From Octopus bimaculoides (lineage: Eukaryota): a DNA stretch of 64,000 nt. The notes beneath the pieces were generated by a model. That model was not told the origin of the DNA. It did no database searches and saw only the letters and a list, made by a program, of their open reading frames with translations. Position 1 is the stretch's first letter, and the number at the start of each line of letters is the position of its first letter. The translations under genes and the position numbers were made by a program. The stretch lies in contig NC_068997.1 in NCBI RefSeq assembly GCF_001194135.2, positions 30,430,741-30,494,740 on the forward strand, in the 5' to 3' direction. Below are positions 23,422-37,079 of this stretch, one piece after another.

Positions 23422-24805
23422 ACACACATATATATATATTAGAGAGAGAGAAAGAGAGAGAGAGAGCAGGATATGGTGTCTATAATTCTACATTTGTATG
23501 TTCGAATCTCAGGCAAAGTCAAAATGTTTAACATGGTGAAACAGTGTCATGAAGATTTACAATTTTAATGACTAAACGATATTTTGAAAGACAGTTATAT
23601 TAAAGTGAAATAACCTTAGCAAATAGCTGTGGATGTTACATTATTATCTTTAAAATGTTTCCTGTCAAAGGCTGTAGTCATGTCAGGGCCCCATTATTAT
23701 TCTTTGTTTAATTTTGTTAGTTTTTTTTTTTGTTTGCTTTAAATACTTCTCAGTATTATGATAGTAGACAAAGACTGAATGGAATACAGATATGATGGTT
23801 AATAAGCTGGCTCACTAGAGAGATAGATAGGTATACAGGTGAGTTTAGAGGTATGCCAACACATATACAGAGAGAGAGGTATCTTAATAGATATACAAAT
23901 ATATGTGAACTAAAATGGAAAGAAGTGGAAATAATCTCAATTGCTAAATAATTTTGATGAGCAAAAAACATGAATAAGATTTACCATTTTTATTCTTCTT
24001 TTATTTCCTTAGACTATAAAGCACATAATTTATCAAACATTAAAAGAAGGAAAAATGTAATATCTTCTAAGTTCATTTCAATTATATTTGAAAGTAAAGT
24101 TTTGATGAAATGGCAGGATTTCAAAAGAATATTTTGAAATTCTTTCCTTGTGTTTTCAAGTATGTTAACTTACACTGTGGATTTTCCACAGTACCTGCTA
24201 GTCTGTATAATGTTAGTATACTGTATTTTGTATTTCATATAATTATGTGTGTTTGTCTATTTACATGCATGTATGTATGTTTCTTTACAAACATACACAT
24301 ATATATGCCTGTGTGCATCTGGTGTGAGAGTATATGCATGTATGCAAGTTCATGTACATATCTACAAGCATGTGCATATTTGTGTATGTATACATTTGTT
24401 TATACTTGTGCAAATACATGTGTATATGTGTGTGTGTGTGTGTTTGTATGTATGGATTTTGTTTAATAAGGGAATGCTTTTGTAATTATTAAACCTTTAC
24501 ATCCATTCATACCCATCTCTTTCACACATTTATTCTTGTTATGATTCTCTTCTCCATTTTCTTAGTTCCTCTCTTCAGAAGACAAAATTCAAGTCTCTCT
24601 GTCTCTCATCGTCTCCTCCTTTATTCACCTTTTCACCTTTTTTTAAACTAATTTCTTTTATGCTTCAAACTGACTAATTTCATGTTTATTCATGACTCCC
24701 AAGAGTCACCCTCTGCCAAATGCTACATTACTAAAACAGTGTGTTTTCCCTTCATCTTTTGAACTATGTCCCATGCTTTTTTTTTAAGTCAAAGCCATTT
24801 CCCTT

Positions 24806-25494
24806 CTCTCAAGCAACTCTGCCATCCGGGACCAAACTTGTGTAACATCAATTACACAAAGGCGTTCTATACAGGATTAGTAGAAGGGAGGTGTGATGAC
24901 GTTCATGTGGAGAATCTGGGAGTCGATGAGAAACACCTGACCCGCCTCTTCAAGACCACTTTCAGACCAGAACCTATGGACAATCACCAGAGATCCCTGG
25001 CCTGGCAGTGCTATCGGGAAGCATTGCCCATTCGGGTAATCTCTACAGGCATGGTTCAAGATACTGGACCGACTTGCCTGAGATACGGAGAGAGCGACGA
25101 AACTGTTCTGTATGCACTTGTGCAGTGTCCAACCATTTTGGACCAGTGGGCTTATGTCAAATGGCTGCTGTCACATGTGGGACAAATTTGGTTATCAATT
25201 GAGTCTATCACGAAACTGCCCTGCTACCTTCCTTTAACAAGGAGGGCAAGTTAGTTTTCATTGCACTGGTGGCCATGGTGAAAGAATGTGTGTGGTGGAC
25301 TCTAGCAAAATTTTATAGACATACACTTTCCTCTCTGGCCAATCGCTCATCAACTTTTCCAGGTACCACTTCAAAAGGAAGGTGAGAATAGAGGGAAATT
25401 TTGTCTCAAGTAAGATTCGATAAAAGGTGGTTGAATGTAGCAAAGAAGGTACGCGCAAATGATGAAACCTCTTTGAGTATGATCCTGTAAATCC

Positions 25495-25530
<36 letters not shown>

Positions 25531-25824
25531 ATTTTAATCTCGTGTCTTTTCCCTCCTTGCCTGAGGTTACCATGGTCTTTATCGTCGGCTTTTCTTTCAC
25601 AGGTAAACCTAATCGGTTTTTTTATATTTTTACTCTGTTCTGTGATAAATGATCCCTTTTGATTGGAATTTTTTTCTTACACGATCCCTTTTGATCAGAA
25701 TGTTTTTCCCCTTTTTTTCTATTTTCCTCATTATTTTGGAAAAGAAAAGCTCTACATTGTATTTGTTCCCTCTGTGTTCAGCTCTGTGTTGCTAAAAAAT
25801 CTATCTGTCTGTCTGTCTGCCTGC

Positions 25825-25855
<31 letters not shown>

Positions 25856-25857
25856 TC
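24806..25857 (+). mobile_element. Tx1/L1-clade LINE copy 1 (3' end only) with (CTGT/CTAT)n tail
   Basis: AFYTGLVEGRCDDVHVENLGVDE...SLAWQCYREALPIR...PTCLRYGESDETVLYALVQCP (zf-RVT-like); 3' UTR ends aaagaaaagctctacattgtatttg...(ctat)n. Confidence 0.88.
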
Positions 25858-28800
25858 AGCTGACGTGTTGTTGCATCGGCTCCAAAGGTAATCGTTTTTT
25901 TTACCATTTATAGCCCACATTTTGTTTACATTTTTGCACATAAGGTGTGTGAAGCGCCCAACTTTCGTTTCAGTGTCTTTCCAAGGGAGGAAGTGGCCCC
26001 TAGGTGCAGTTTCAACCTTAATTAAATTTGTATATTTTCTTCTCGACTTTAAAAAATGTCGAGAAATGTCATCATAGAACGTTGGTCAAATTCCTTCATG
26101 GACCAGTGTTTCCTTAGCCTTGAAATGCTAGGAGAAATAAAGAATAACTCCTGCACGTGCACACATACAGCTAGACATGAAAAATAATAAGAAATTAAAG
26201 GCAAACCTGAGTGAGGTGGAAGTGAATGCTGCAACTACAATTGTTAACAGCTCTGTCACCACCACCACCAAAACAAATTTCGCCGAAGCAATTAAGCAAA
26301 AGAGAACAACTGTATCTTTCACTGCACAACAGATCAAAGAAACAAAACCACTTCTTACGAAAGAAGGCGAAAATTTATATTTACACATCCCTCAGAACAT
26401 GTTAGAACAAACACAAAAAAAATCATCAGTTACAAAATATTGAGTACAAAAGCAAAAAAAAAAAAAACCCCGAAAACATAGCACAGGAAAAAATTGAAAA
26501 ATGCCTTTGCCCTTTATGGCCACATAAGGAATACATCAATTGGTGGCATAAATTTGCCACTGTTCAAGTTAGTTTCCACAGCGAAAAATGAACAAAGCAA
26601 TTTTCGACAACTCACTCTTCGCACTGACCAGCTGATAATGATACCCAGCTATCTTGGGCAAAGAGTGACGAAGGTCACAATAAGGTATGTGCCTGGAGAG
26701 GTAGAAACCTTATGGTTGTTATTTGCTATCTGCTTCGAAATGGAGGAAGCTAATATTTTAGAAATTGCTATCCTTGAACAGCAAAACTGGGTATGTAAAA
26801 AGCTAGAAATTCTGTTACAAATTGATCAAGAATCGATAAATAAATTACCTACAAATATTCAATAAGCAAAAGGACACAATTTGGATGTGTGGTGGAGGGC
26901 AGGAGGCCACGGTGTTATTTGTGCAACAGCGAGACACATCTAAAAAATGATTGTCCAACTGCCGCCAAAAAACAAGGACAGCAACAACAACAACCACTAA
27001 CAAAACCTGGGAGAAAACCCCTGCTACCCACACCACCTTCAACACAAAAGACAATAAAAGCAATACCAACAAACGACAACAGAGCAACCCCTGTAAAAAC
27101 ACCAAGAAGTGTAGATTCAGGAAAAGCAAAAGAAGATGCAAAAACTGATTCCCTCTCCCCTGTATCGCATACATTTAACACAAATAACCATCAACCAACA
27201 CCAACGAAAACAACAACACAAACACTTACAGAAACACACACGGATGCTTATGACAAGCCCTTACCCCCTTCCGATTCCTCAGAACTTTCTTCGGAAGAAG
27301 AAAGTAGTGAGGAATGGCAAATATCCAGAAAAGGAAGGAGGAAGAGGAGCAAAAAAAAAAAAAAGAACAAAAGAAACACCAACAAAGCAGGGAGATACAC
27401 AACTCTTGAAGACATTTCCAACTCTAACACAAACAACATCAACAACAACAGCACGAAAACAATGCTCACAACCATTAACATTAATAATACAGTTGATGAA
27501 ATACATCAACACGATGGGTGTGCTCTTTTACTCCTAGAAGTCTATGCACCACTTTAGCAGGTCGTCTGGATTTCTTTCGACGTCTAGAAGTGTTCCTAGG
27601 AGCGTCTCGTCCTTTACTTTTAGTGGGGGGGTTGGAATGCTACCTTGGACACGCATCTAGACTATGTGGGAAGAGACAGAAATAGACGGGGATGCAAATG
27701 CCTCAGAGACCTGCTCAGACGCTTTCAACTGTCTGACAGGTACCGACTCGACCACCCAAATTCGCCAACGTGGACATGGAGCAACAGCAATGGGTCGTCG
27801 AGATCGTATCTAGATAGGAAACAGTGTAGGACAGTAGATAGTGATAGCTGAGGAAGTTCACAATTCCACATAGTAAGCTACACGGGTCTCAAAAGATAAG
27901 GCACATAGGCAGGGCCCCGGATACTGGAAACTAAACGCGTCTTTCCCATCGAGATAGGTTTTCAGAGACCGAATTAGTACGCTAGTAAAGAGGGCTTTGA
28001 CGGGAGCCATCATCAACAACAAATGGTGGTTTGCCCTCAAGAGAGCAGTAAAAGCGGAGGCGATTAGATATAACAAAGCACTAGCCATAGATAAAAAGAG
28101 AGTAGTGGGTGAGCTAGTTAAGAAGTTAGAATAGGCGATAAGAAGCAGTATCGCATCCGACATTTTGGCGGCAAGGTTGACCCACAACCAACACTTCAAA
28201 GCCAAACACGAAGGGTGTGTTGTAAGGGCTAGGATGCGTGCTCTAAGGAATGAAGGTGTTGGAGCCACGTGAGAGGCCTGGGTGGCGGAGTTACAACAGG
28301 ACAACAAAGCCACAATTCGGTCTCTGGTAGATGAAGAGGGGCGCTAATTGCTCGAGCCGTGCAAGGTATGCGAGGCGTTTCAGCAGCATTTTGCCTGACT
28401 GTTCAGGACGATTGGCGAGCGAGAACGCAGAGTAGACTTCAGTGCCTGAAGAAGACACAACCTACCCTGACTCTTAGTAAGAGAGGCAGAGTGCTGTGAA
28501 GGTGCCGTCATGGCGGCGGAAGTGAGGGACATGATAGCAGGATACTCGGGGGGTAAATCACAGGGTTTGGATGGTCTACCTTACGAGCTTTACAATTGTA
28601 TGCCAGACTTGCTTGGAGACGTCTTGGCAGCAGTGTACTGCAACTGGCAGCAGAACGGGAACATCCCCGGTTTTGTGAGCCGAGGAGCCGTAACGCTGCT
28701 TAAGAAAGATCCAAACAAGGGGGACATAATAGATAACTTTAGACTCATCACTCTGCTCAATGCAGACTTGAAAATTTTGGCCAAGGTGTTAGCCAAGAGG

Positions 28801-30965
28801 TTGGCGCTTGTCATCGAGAAACTGGTCAACAAGGCACAAATGTATGCCATGCCAGGCTGGAGCATCAATGGTAACCCCCATCTGATGCGCTACATCGTAG
28901 ACAGGGTAGTTAAGGAACCTGGCATGGGTGGGACCCTGATTAATTTGGATCAATCTAAAGCTTTCGATAGGATAGACCATCGATACTTGGAGGCTGTCCT
29001 CATAGCAGCCGGTTTTGGTCTCATCATCCTTGGCTGGATGGCTGCCTTGTACAGAGGAATCCGTTTGGAAATTCGCGTGAATAGGCATCTATCAAGACCT
29101 TTCGACATTGCACGTTTGGTCTGTCAGAGATGCCCTGTCGTGTCACTTCTGTACGTATTGACTCTTGATCCACTACTTCAGAAGCTGGCGACACTGAGGG
29201 GTATTCGGCGAGAATTGGGTTGTGGAACGAGCGTGTCCACATACGCGGAAGATGTCACCATCATAGTGTCTAGCCACGAGCACATCGAGCTGGTTGGCGA
29301 GACACTGAAATTTAACGAAGCGGTGACAGGGGCGAAAATCAACCGGGAAAGGTCAGTGGGCTTGTGGCCTAGCACCTGGAGAAGCAAGCCCATGCCGTCC
29401 GGTAGCGCGTCAGTAATGGGACGCTGGACAGACGGGCCAGTCAAATTGCTCGGAGTCTGGTTCGGTCCAGACCTCCAAATGGAGAAGAACAGGGACGAGA
29501 TAATGAGTAGGGTGGTCACTCTCTCCCAGCAATGAGCCGAGAGGAAGCTGTCCTGAAAAGGTCGGGCAGAGGTGGTAAACGTGTACATCACGTCCGTCAT
29601 CAACTACCACCTGATCGTTGTGCCTTGTCCCGACCTTACTATCACCAAACTGGAATGCTTCCTCTTCCACTTCTTGTGGAAAGGAAGCGTTCTGATGGTC
29701 AGGCAATCCGTTTGCTGCCAACACCCGCTGAAAGGATGGCTGGGCATGCTGTGGATAATGATGTGCAGACATGCGCTGAGACTGCAACATCTCCGGCTCT
29801 ATGTAGACGACGGTGGACAGGTGTGTTCACCGTTTGTGTGACGCACTTCCCACAGCTCGTCTCCATGACCGAGCTGCAGTCGTGGATCAAGAAGCGGCCG
29901 AGGAAGGGCGAATGGCACGGCGAGTGTCATGTTGCTCTGGAGCAACTCAGCTGTCCCGAGTCGACCTGGAGCGACTGCATAACAACCAAAGCATTATATG
30001 GGGATTAGTGGAGGGGAGGTACGACGACGATCTCGGGGTGAACCTGGGTGTTGACGAGGAATACCTGACCCACCTGCTCAAGATGACTTTCAGGCCAGGA
30101 ACTATGGACAACTTCCAGAGATCCCTGGACTGGCATTGCTATTGAGAAGCACTACCCGTTCAGGATAAGCTCTACAGACACGGCTCGAGAAACACGAGGC
30201 TGACCTGCTCGAGATGTGGTCAGAGTGACGAAACCATTCTGCACACACTCGTGCAGTGTCCAACCATTTCCGACCTGTGGGCTTATGTTGAACGACTGTT
30301 GTCACGAGTTGGACGAGTCGTTTTACTAGCCGAGTCTATCGTCAATATTGTCATGCCTCCTTCCTTCAAACGGGAAGGAAGCGCTATTTTCATAGTACTT
30401 GTGGCTATGGCGAAATAATGTAACTGGTGAACGCGTCTGAAAGGATTAGAGACAAACATTTTCCTTGCTGGTCAATCTCTCTTCAACTTTTTCAAGTATC
30501 ACTTGAAAAGGAAGGTGAGATTAGAGAGGCAAGTTTTGTCTAGCGAATGTTCCAAAAAAAGATGGGTGAATGTAGCAAGGATGGCACGTGTGAATGACGA
30601 AGTCCCCTTGAGCATGATCCTATGAACCAGAGAAAAAAACCCAGCAAAATATTTAAAACAGAGAGTTACTTACTTGTAAAGAAATGTGTTAATATGTGAT
30701 ATTATTGCCTGAGGATACCATGGTCTTTCCGTAGGTTTTTCTTTCCACAGATAAACCTCCCCATTTCTTGGAAACTTATTGTATTATTTCAACTTTTTTT
30801 GTGTATGTCCCAAACGATTTCAATCCCTTTTGATCATTGTCCCCAATTGTTTTTACTTTATTTGTCTTTGCACCCCTCATCTCGAAAAGAAAAGCTCTAC
30901 ATTGTATTTGTCCCCTCTATGTTCAGCTCTGTGTGGCCAATAAAGAAAGTTATCTATCTATCTAT
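25858..30965 (+). mobile_element. Tx1/L1-clade LINE copy 2, near full length (ORF1 + ORF2), decayed
   Basis: ORF1 pieces with CCHC knuckle VEGRRPRCYLCNSETHLKNDCP. ORF2 APE (VYAPL, TWSNSNGSSRSYLDR), RT (SQGLDGLPYE, FRLITLLNADLKILAKVLAKRL, NLDQSKAFDRIDH, YAEDVT) and C-terminal CLRCGQSDETILHTLVQCP. (CTAT)n tail; several stops and frameshifts. Confidence 0.92.
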
Positions 30966-30977
30966 CAATCAATCAAT

Positions 30978-33905
30978 CATAGCCATCAGTGAGACCAGAC
31001 ACACAACCCACAGGCCCTCCAGTACATGTTCAGCAGACAATTCAACATTTATTTTCCTTCCTGTCTTTTGCTCTCATGTGTTTTTCTTTCCCTGGCCGAG
31101 GTTACTGATAACAGTTTATGCACCATCCTTAACAGGTCGGCCAGATTTCTTTCGACATCTAGAAGTTTTCCTGGGAATGTCTCGACCTTTACTTTTAGTG
31201 ACGAATTGGAATGCTACCTTGGAAATGCATCTAGACTACATGAGTAGAGATAGGATAGAAGGGGATGTAAATGCCTCAAAGACCTTCTCAGCAGTTTCCA
31301 ACTGTCTGACAGGTACCGACTGGACCGCTCGAATGCGCCAATTTGGACATGGAGCAACCGCATCAGTTCATCCAAACCATATTTAGACAGAGTATTCTGT
31401 AGGACAGTGGATAGGGATAATGTAGGTTGTCCACAATTTAATATAGTCAGCAACACAGGTCATAAATTTACAGATGAACAGGGGCGTAAATTATTCGAGC
31501 CCGAAAGGATGTGTAAGACACTTCAACAGCACACTGGTTGACGGTTCAGGATTACTGGTGGGTCAGAATGCAGGATGGACTTTAGTGTCTAACTGCATGA
31601 CCTGCCACAACTCTCGGCAAGAAAGGCAGAAAGTTGTGAAAGAACCATCACGGCCGTGGACATATGGGATGCGATGTCAGGCTGCGCAGGAGACAAGTCT
31701 CCAGGCTTGGATGGTCTGCCCTATGAGCTTTATTGTCATATGCCAGACTTAGTTGGAGGAATCTTAGCAGCAGTCTACTGCATCTGGCAGCAAAACAGGG
31801 GTATCCCCAGTTTTCTGAGCCAAGGAGTGGTGGCACTGCTAAAGAAAGATCCAAACAAGGGGAACATCATAGATAACTTCAAGCAAATCACTCAGCTTAA
31901 CGCAGATTTAAAGATTTTGGCCAAGGCGATAGCTGAGAGATTGGCGCTTGTCATCAAGAAATTGGTTGACAAAGCATAAACATGCACCGTGCCATGTAGG
32001 AGTATCCACGAGAACCTCCATCTGATGTGCTACATCATAGACTGGGTAGTTAAGGAATCTGGCATGGGTGGTGCCAATTGATCAATTTGATTGATCAATT
32101 TGATTGATCAATTTGGATCAATCGAAAGCTTTTGATAGGGTCGACCATCATTACTTGGAGGCTGTCTTTAGAGCGGCTGGTTTCAGTTCCATATCCCGTG
32201 ATTGGATTGCTGCTTTATACAGCAGCATCCGCTTGGTAGTTTGCATAAATGGTCATCTATGCAGACCATTTAACATTACGTGTTCTATCTGTCAAGGATG
32301 TCCCTCTCATCGCTTCTGTACATATTGACTCCAGAGCCACTACCACGGAAGCTGGCAATGTTGAGGAACATCCCACGAGAACTGGGATGCAGGAGGAGTA
32401 TGTCTGCATACATGGACGACATCACTGTCATAATGTCGAGCCACAGGCATATCAATCTGGTCAGTGAGACACTAAACGCATACAAAGCGGTAACGGGAGC
32501 AAAAATTAACCCAGTAAAGTCAGTGGGCTTGCAGAATGGCACCTGGAGAAATAAGCCCACGCCATCCAGCAGCATCTCCATCGTTGGACACTGGACTGAC
32601 GGACCAGTTAAATTGCTTGGGGAAGAATTGGGATAAGATAATGAGTAGGGTGGCCACTCTCACCCAGCAATGGGCAGAGAGGAAGCTATTCCTAATTGGC
32701 TGGATGGAAGTCATCTATTACTGTCTGACTGTACTCCCTTGTCCCAACCCTACTATCACCAAACTGGAACGCATACTCTTCCGCTTTTTGTGGAAAGGAA
32801 GTGTTACGATGGTTAGGCGATCCATTTGCTGTCAGCAACTGCTAAATGGAGGAATGGGCATGCAAGGGTTGATTATGCTCAAGTATGCGGTGAGACTGCA
32901 ACATATTCAGCACTTCACAGATGACTGTTAACGGGTGTGGTGGCCGTTTGTGAGACACACTTTCCTGCAGCTCGTCTCTTTGGCCAAACTACAGTCATAA
33001 ATCAAACACAGACCAAGGCTAGGTGAATGGCACCGTGAGTGTTGTCTTGCTCTCAAGCAACTCTGCCGTCTGGGACCAGACTTGTGCGACTTCAATTCCG
33101 CAAAGGCGATCTATACAGGATTAGTGGAGGGGAGGTATGATGACGTTCTTGGGGATAATCTGGGTGTCAACGAGGAACACCTGACCTGCCTCTTCAGGAC
33201 AACTTTCGGGCCGGGACCTATGAACAATCACCAGAGATCCTTGGCCTGGCAGTGCTATTGGGAAGCATTGCCCATTCGGGATAAGCTCAACAGGCACAGT
33301 TTGAGAAACACTGGACCGACTTGTCTGAGATACAGTCAGAGTGATCAAACCTTTCTGCACACACTGATGCAGTGCCCAACCATTCCAGACTCGTAGGCTT
33401 ATGTCAAACACCTGCTGTCACATGTGCGACAAATTCGGTTATCAGCAAAGTCTATCGTGAATATTGTTCAACCACCTTCCGGGAAGGCAAGGCAGTTTTC
33501 ATTGTACTGGTGGCCATGGTAAAAGAATGTGTGTCGTGGACTCGTACAAAAGGTTTAGAGACAAACACTTACTTCTCTGGCCAATCGCTCATCAACTTTT
33601 TCAAATACCACATGAAAAGGAAGGTGAGAATAGAGAGGAAGTTTTGTCTCATGAAAGATTCAATAAAAGGTGGGTGAATGTAGCAAAGATGGTATACGTG
33701 ATTGACAAAACCACTCTGAGCATGATCCTGTAAATCCCAAAAAGTGAGACAGAGAGAAAGAGAGAGCCCTTTCTTTCCCTGCCTAAGGTTACCGTGGTAT
33801 GTTTCGTAGGCTGTTCTTTCCACGGATAAACTTAATCTGTCTTACATTTTCAATCCCTCCTACTTTGCTGTTTACACGTCCCAAATGCATTTGATCCCTT
33901 TGTGT
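30978..33905 (+). mobile_element. Tx1/L1-clade LINE copy 3, 5'-truncated at the endonuclease start
   Basis: IAISETR, TVYAPS, SPGLDGLPYE, NLDQSKAFDRVDH, YMDDIT and zf-RVT-like tail. 13-bp unit attgatcaatttg x3 at ~32077-32115. 3' UTR incomplete. Confidence 0.9.
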
Positions 33906-34097
33906 TGCTAATGAAATTATGCAAGTGCCAATGATGTTTTCATTTAGCTAATGAACACAAACTGTAACCCTTTGTTTAAACAACAGTAAAATTAATTTTT
34001 CATAAATGTTGTTTCTTTTTCCTTTTGTCAACCTTTCAAATGTGGGAGGTATTTCTGCCACAACCTGTATATATATATATATATATACATACATACA

Positions 34098-34136
<39 letters not shown>

Positions 34137-34599
34137 TCACACACATACATGTGTATATGTTCTTAAAAAGATATGTGTGTATATGTGAGATTCTACAAGA
34201 CTCAAAATTTTCTCAAAGACACTGTTTTATATAAGTGAATGAATATGATTTTAACAAAGACTGAAATCAGGATGGAGACTCACCTCAACCGAAACTTAGT
34301 TCAATTTTAATATGACTCACCTCTCAATACTGATATCAATATCCTTTGTTAAAGAAACAAATCTGTAGGAAATGAATATAATCAGTTGACTGGGTTGCAA
34401 TATGTTAGTAATATTTACCTTATCATACTTTGAATAGTGAATGGTACAACAGGCTCACATGTAACAAATTGGTATTCTAACCTGGGAGAGATTTATTACT
34501 CGCATTTAACATCATAAAACCAGCTGTAAATAACAGCCTTTAAAACCCCTCAAGGCCTTCAGAAAACTGTAGAGGAGAGTTTACTTAAAATTTACTTAC

Positions 34600-34734
34600 C
34601 AGCTGGTATACAGTTTTAATATGTGGTTCAGTTAACCATTCTTTCAAGTTAATTTCATATTCCTGAAAAAGTTTCACAATATTAGTCATATCTTCCTCTA
34701 GTACAGATATCATAAATTTATCCAACTTGCCAAT
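34600..34734 (-). CDS. TRPM: TRPM channel exon (MHR3)
   Basis: ttttgttcgtttcag|ATT...CTG|gtaagt; 135 nt, phase 0 to 0. IGKLDKFMISVLEEDMTNIVKLFQEYEINLKEWLTEPHIKTVYQL matches L...M..AL..d....V.Lf.e.g..l..fLt...l..LY. Confidence 0.9.
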
Positions 34735-35202
34735 CTGAAACGAACAAAAAGCAAAATGTATTTTGAGGAGGGTTACAGGAATCATAAATACTAACCAGAC
34801 TATTAAAATCCAATTTTCAATGGAGGAGGGTAAATCTCTTCCTGGTAATAAAGTGCAGAATTTACTATTGTATGTCATGTTTGCTCCTATGATTATCACA
34901 TTTCTATTTCAGAAGATTAAAGACTGTACAAGAAGTGGCATATGATACAATATTTTGTTTTTCTTCTTATTATTATTTTTTGCTTATCTGAACATTTTCC
35001 CTTTTTCTGACTTTCACTCTATGAGGTAGGTTGAAAGTATGAGGTAGGGATCTGTATGTAGCTAATTTATACAGGGTTGGGTGGCGGAACTGGAAGTAAA
35101 ACCCTCGGGTTTGCCAAAGCCCTTGTGGCCCTTATCCCCAAGAACTGCCACATTTTGTTGGCAAATAGCCTTTATAGAAATATATATATATATATATATA
35201 TA

Positions 35203-35950
35203 AGTAAATAAATGGAGTTAAACGCAGATGTTATTCAAATCCTTTTACTTTTGACATATGTTTCGAAGACAACATTGGTTTTATTCCAAAGGAATAAACG
35301 GTGTAAAATAATGTAATCTCCTCATCAGTAAAGAAAGAGAACCAATCTCAACAACAAGAAGACATTATAACAATTATGAAGACTGCACAAATAATAAACA
35401 GAATGCTATTAAGTATTTAAAAAACCGTTAGTAGATCTGATGTCAAAGGTTGACCATAGGAAGAGAAGGGGTAAAGAAATAATAAGTAGAGAACAAAGAA
35501 AGGAGAAATATAGAGCGATATGTTGGTTGGAAAAATGTTCAAAGGCTTGGAAGTGGATTTATCTATTGAAGTAGAGTGCAAGGTGAACTAAATGCTCAAA
35601 CCATACAGACTGGTATAAATCATTCATATGAGCCAAAGGTGTGTTTCTGCCAATGCCTACATTTGTAAGATCGCTCTATAAGCGTGTTAACAAGGTGATT
35701 CTTAGGGAAGAGAATATGGAAGAGTTCAAAATTACAAATGTTACAGAATCCTTTGCCCTTATCGTAAGGGAAAGAGATGGGATGAACCAATCTAAATTAA
35801 AACTCTTATTGTCTTTAAGATACCAAACCAAAGACAACAATAAGAATTTTAAGTTAGATTTAGCTGTAATTTTGTGAGTGACTGCACATTTTGTCGTCAT
35901 CATCTTGAAAATAGCATATGTTGTCAATATTTGTAAACAACACATATTAT
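35203..35950 (-). mobile_element. Penelope-like element 3' terminus (endonuclease C-terminus + 3' UTR/pLTR)
   Basis: LSLVWYLKDNKSFNLDWFI(fs)DKGKGFCNICNFELFHILFPKNHLVNTLIERSYKCRHWQKHTFGSYE*, then non-coding sequence with a hammerhead motif, ending at (TA)n. Confidence 0.78.
35243..35338 (-). ncRNA. Type I hammerhead ribozyme motif in the PLE 3' region
   Basis: Minus strand: tctttcttta CTGATGA ggaga-ttacatt...tttattcc-ttt-ggaataaa...aatgt-tg-tcttc GAAA catatg TC aaaagtaaa. G10.1-C11.1 canonical; palindromic stem III ACATATGT; GUC triplet, cut predicted after 35253. 1.1-2.1 is an A-A mismatch. Confidence 0.75.
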
Positions 35951-36737
35951 GTCTCTGGTAATTTTCTTTTATCTAAATAAATGTTTATGTTAATTTAAAA
36001 GAGAAAAACAGTTTTAAATCTCTGTGCGAGATGTTGACAAATTAACTTTAATTTCAAAGATTTATCAAAAAAATTTTATTTAGCTGTTATTTTTAGCATA
36101 CATCACAACCACCTCAATGCTCAATGACAAAAATAAATGAGTAAACAAGACTGCTGTCAACATGTGCTTCCCCGCAGACTTTTCAAAGACTGTTACTATG
36201 GCAACAGGCAAAAAAGTTCTCATGTTTCAGCTTGTTACTCTTGAAACAGGCCAAGGAGACTGAATGGAGACTGACGAACCCAATGCTCAGATACGAGCTG
36301 GAGCCAACGATCAAAAACGGACATGAACGTGTCTTTGGCTTATGATTGGCTAAAATTACCAACATTTTCAAACTTAAATTACTAATAACTCCTTATTTAT
36401 TGATTTATAGCAAAATTTACTTTCATGTCATTAATTAGCCTACAAAAGTGTAGTATCCTTACACCAAATATAAAGTCAATTTGAACTGAAAATTGACGCT
36501 AGCAGCCACTGGCAACCACACAGAAAAGATCCTTAAATTTCATTAACCAATGGGAATTAATTGATCAATATGGATCTATATTAATTTCCTTTTAGGGGTG
36601 ATGAGCATGACCAGGTGATGGTATGCATACATGTGTGTGTGAATGTGCCCACATATTTATGAATGTATGTGTATGCATGAATATGTGTGTACACATGGAT
36701 GTATGTGTACATATTGGCATAGGCATATATCTCTGTG

Positions 36738-37017
36738 TATTTTCGAGCGAGATCGTTGCCAGTGCCCCTGGACTGGCTTGTGCGGGTGGCACATAAAAGA
36801 CACCATTTCGAGCGTGGCCGTTTTCGTGCGGGTGACACGTAAAAGCACCCACTACACTCTCTGAGTGGTTGGCGTTAGGAAGGGCATCCAGCTGTAGAAA
36901 CTCTGCCAAATCAGACTGGAGCCTGGTGTTGCCATCCGGTTTCACCAGTCCTCAGTCAAATCGTCCAACCCATGCTAGCATGGAAAGCGGACGTTAAACG
37001 ATGATGATGATGATGAT
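36738..37017 (+). mobile_element. RTE 3' UTR-only retroposon with (GAT)n tail
   Basis: Nearly identical to 8160-8465. Confidence 0.85.
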
Positions 37018-37079
37018 ATGTGGGTGTATGGACATGTGTGTGTGTGTGTGTGTGTGTGTGTATACATATNNNNNNNNNN

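Noticed and set aside
26040-26066. Hairpin ttctcgac...gtcgagaa covering the putative Tx1 ORF1 ATG
   Set aside because: An 8-bp stem in one copy with no second 5' end to show conservation; could be chance.
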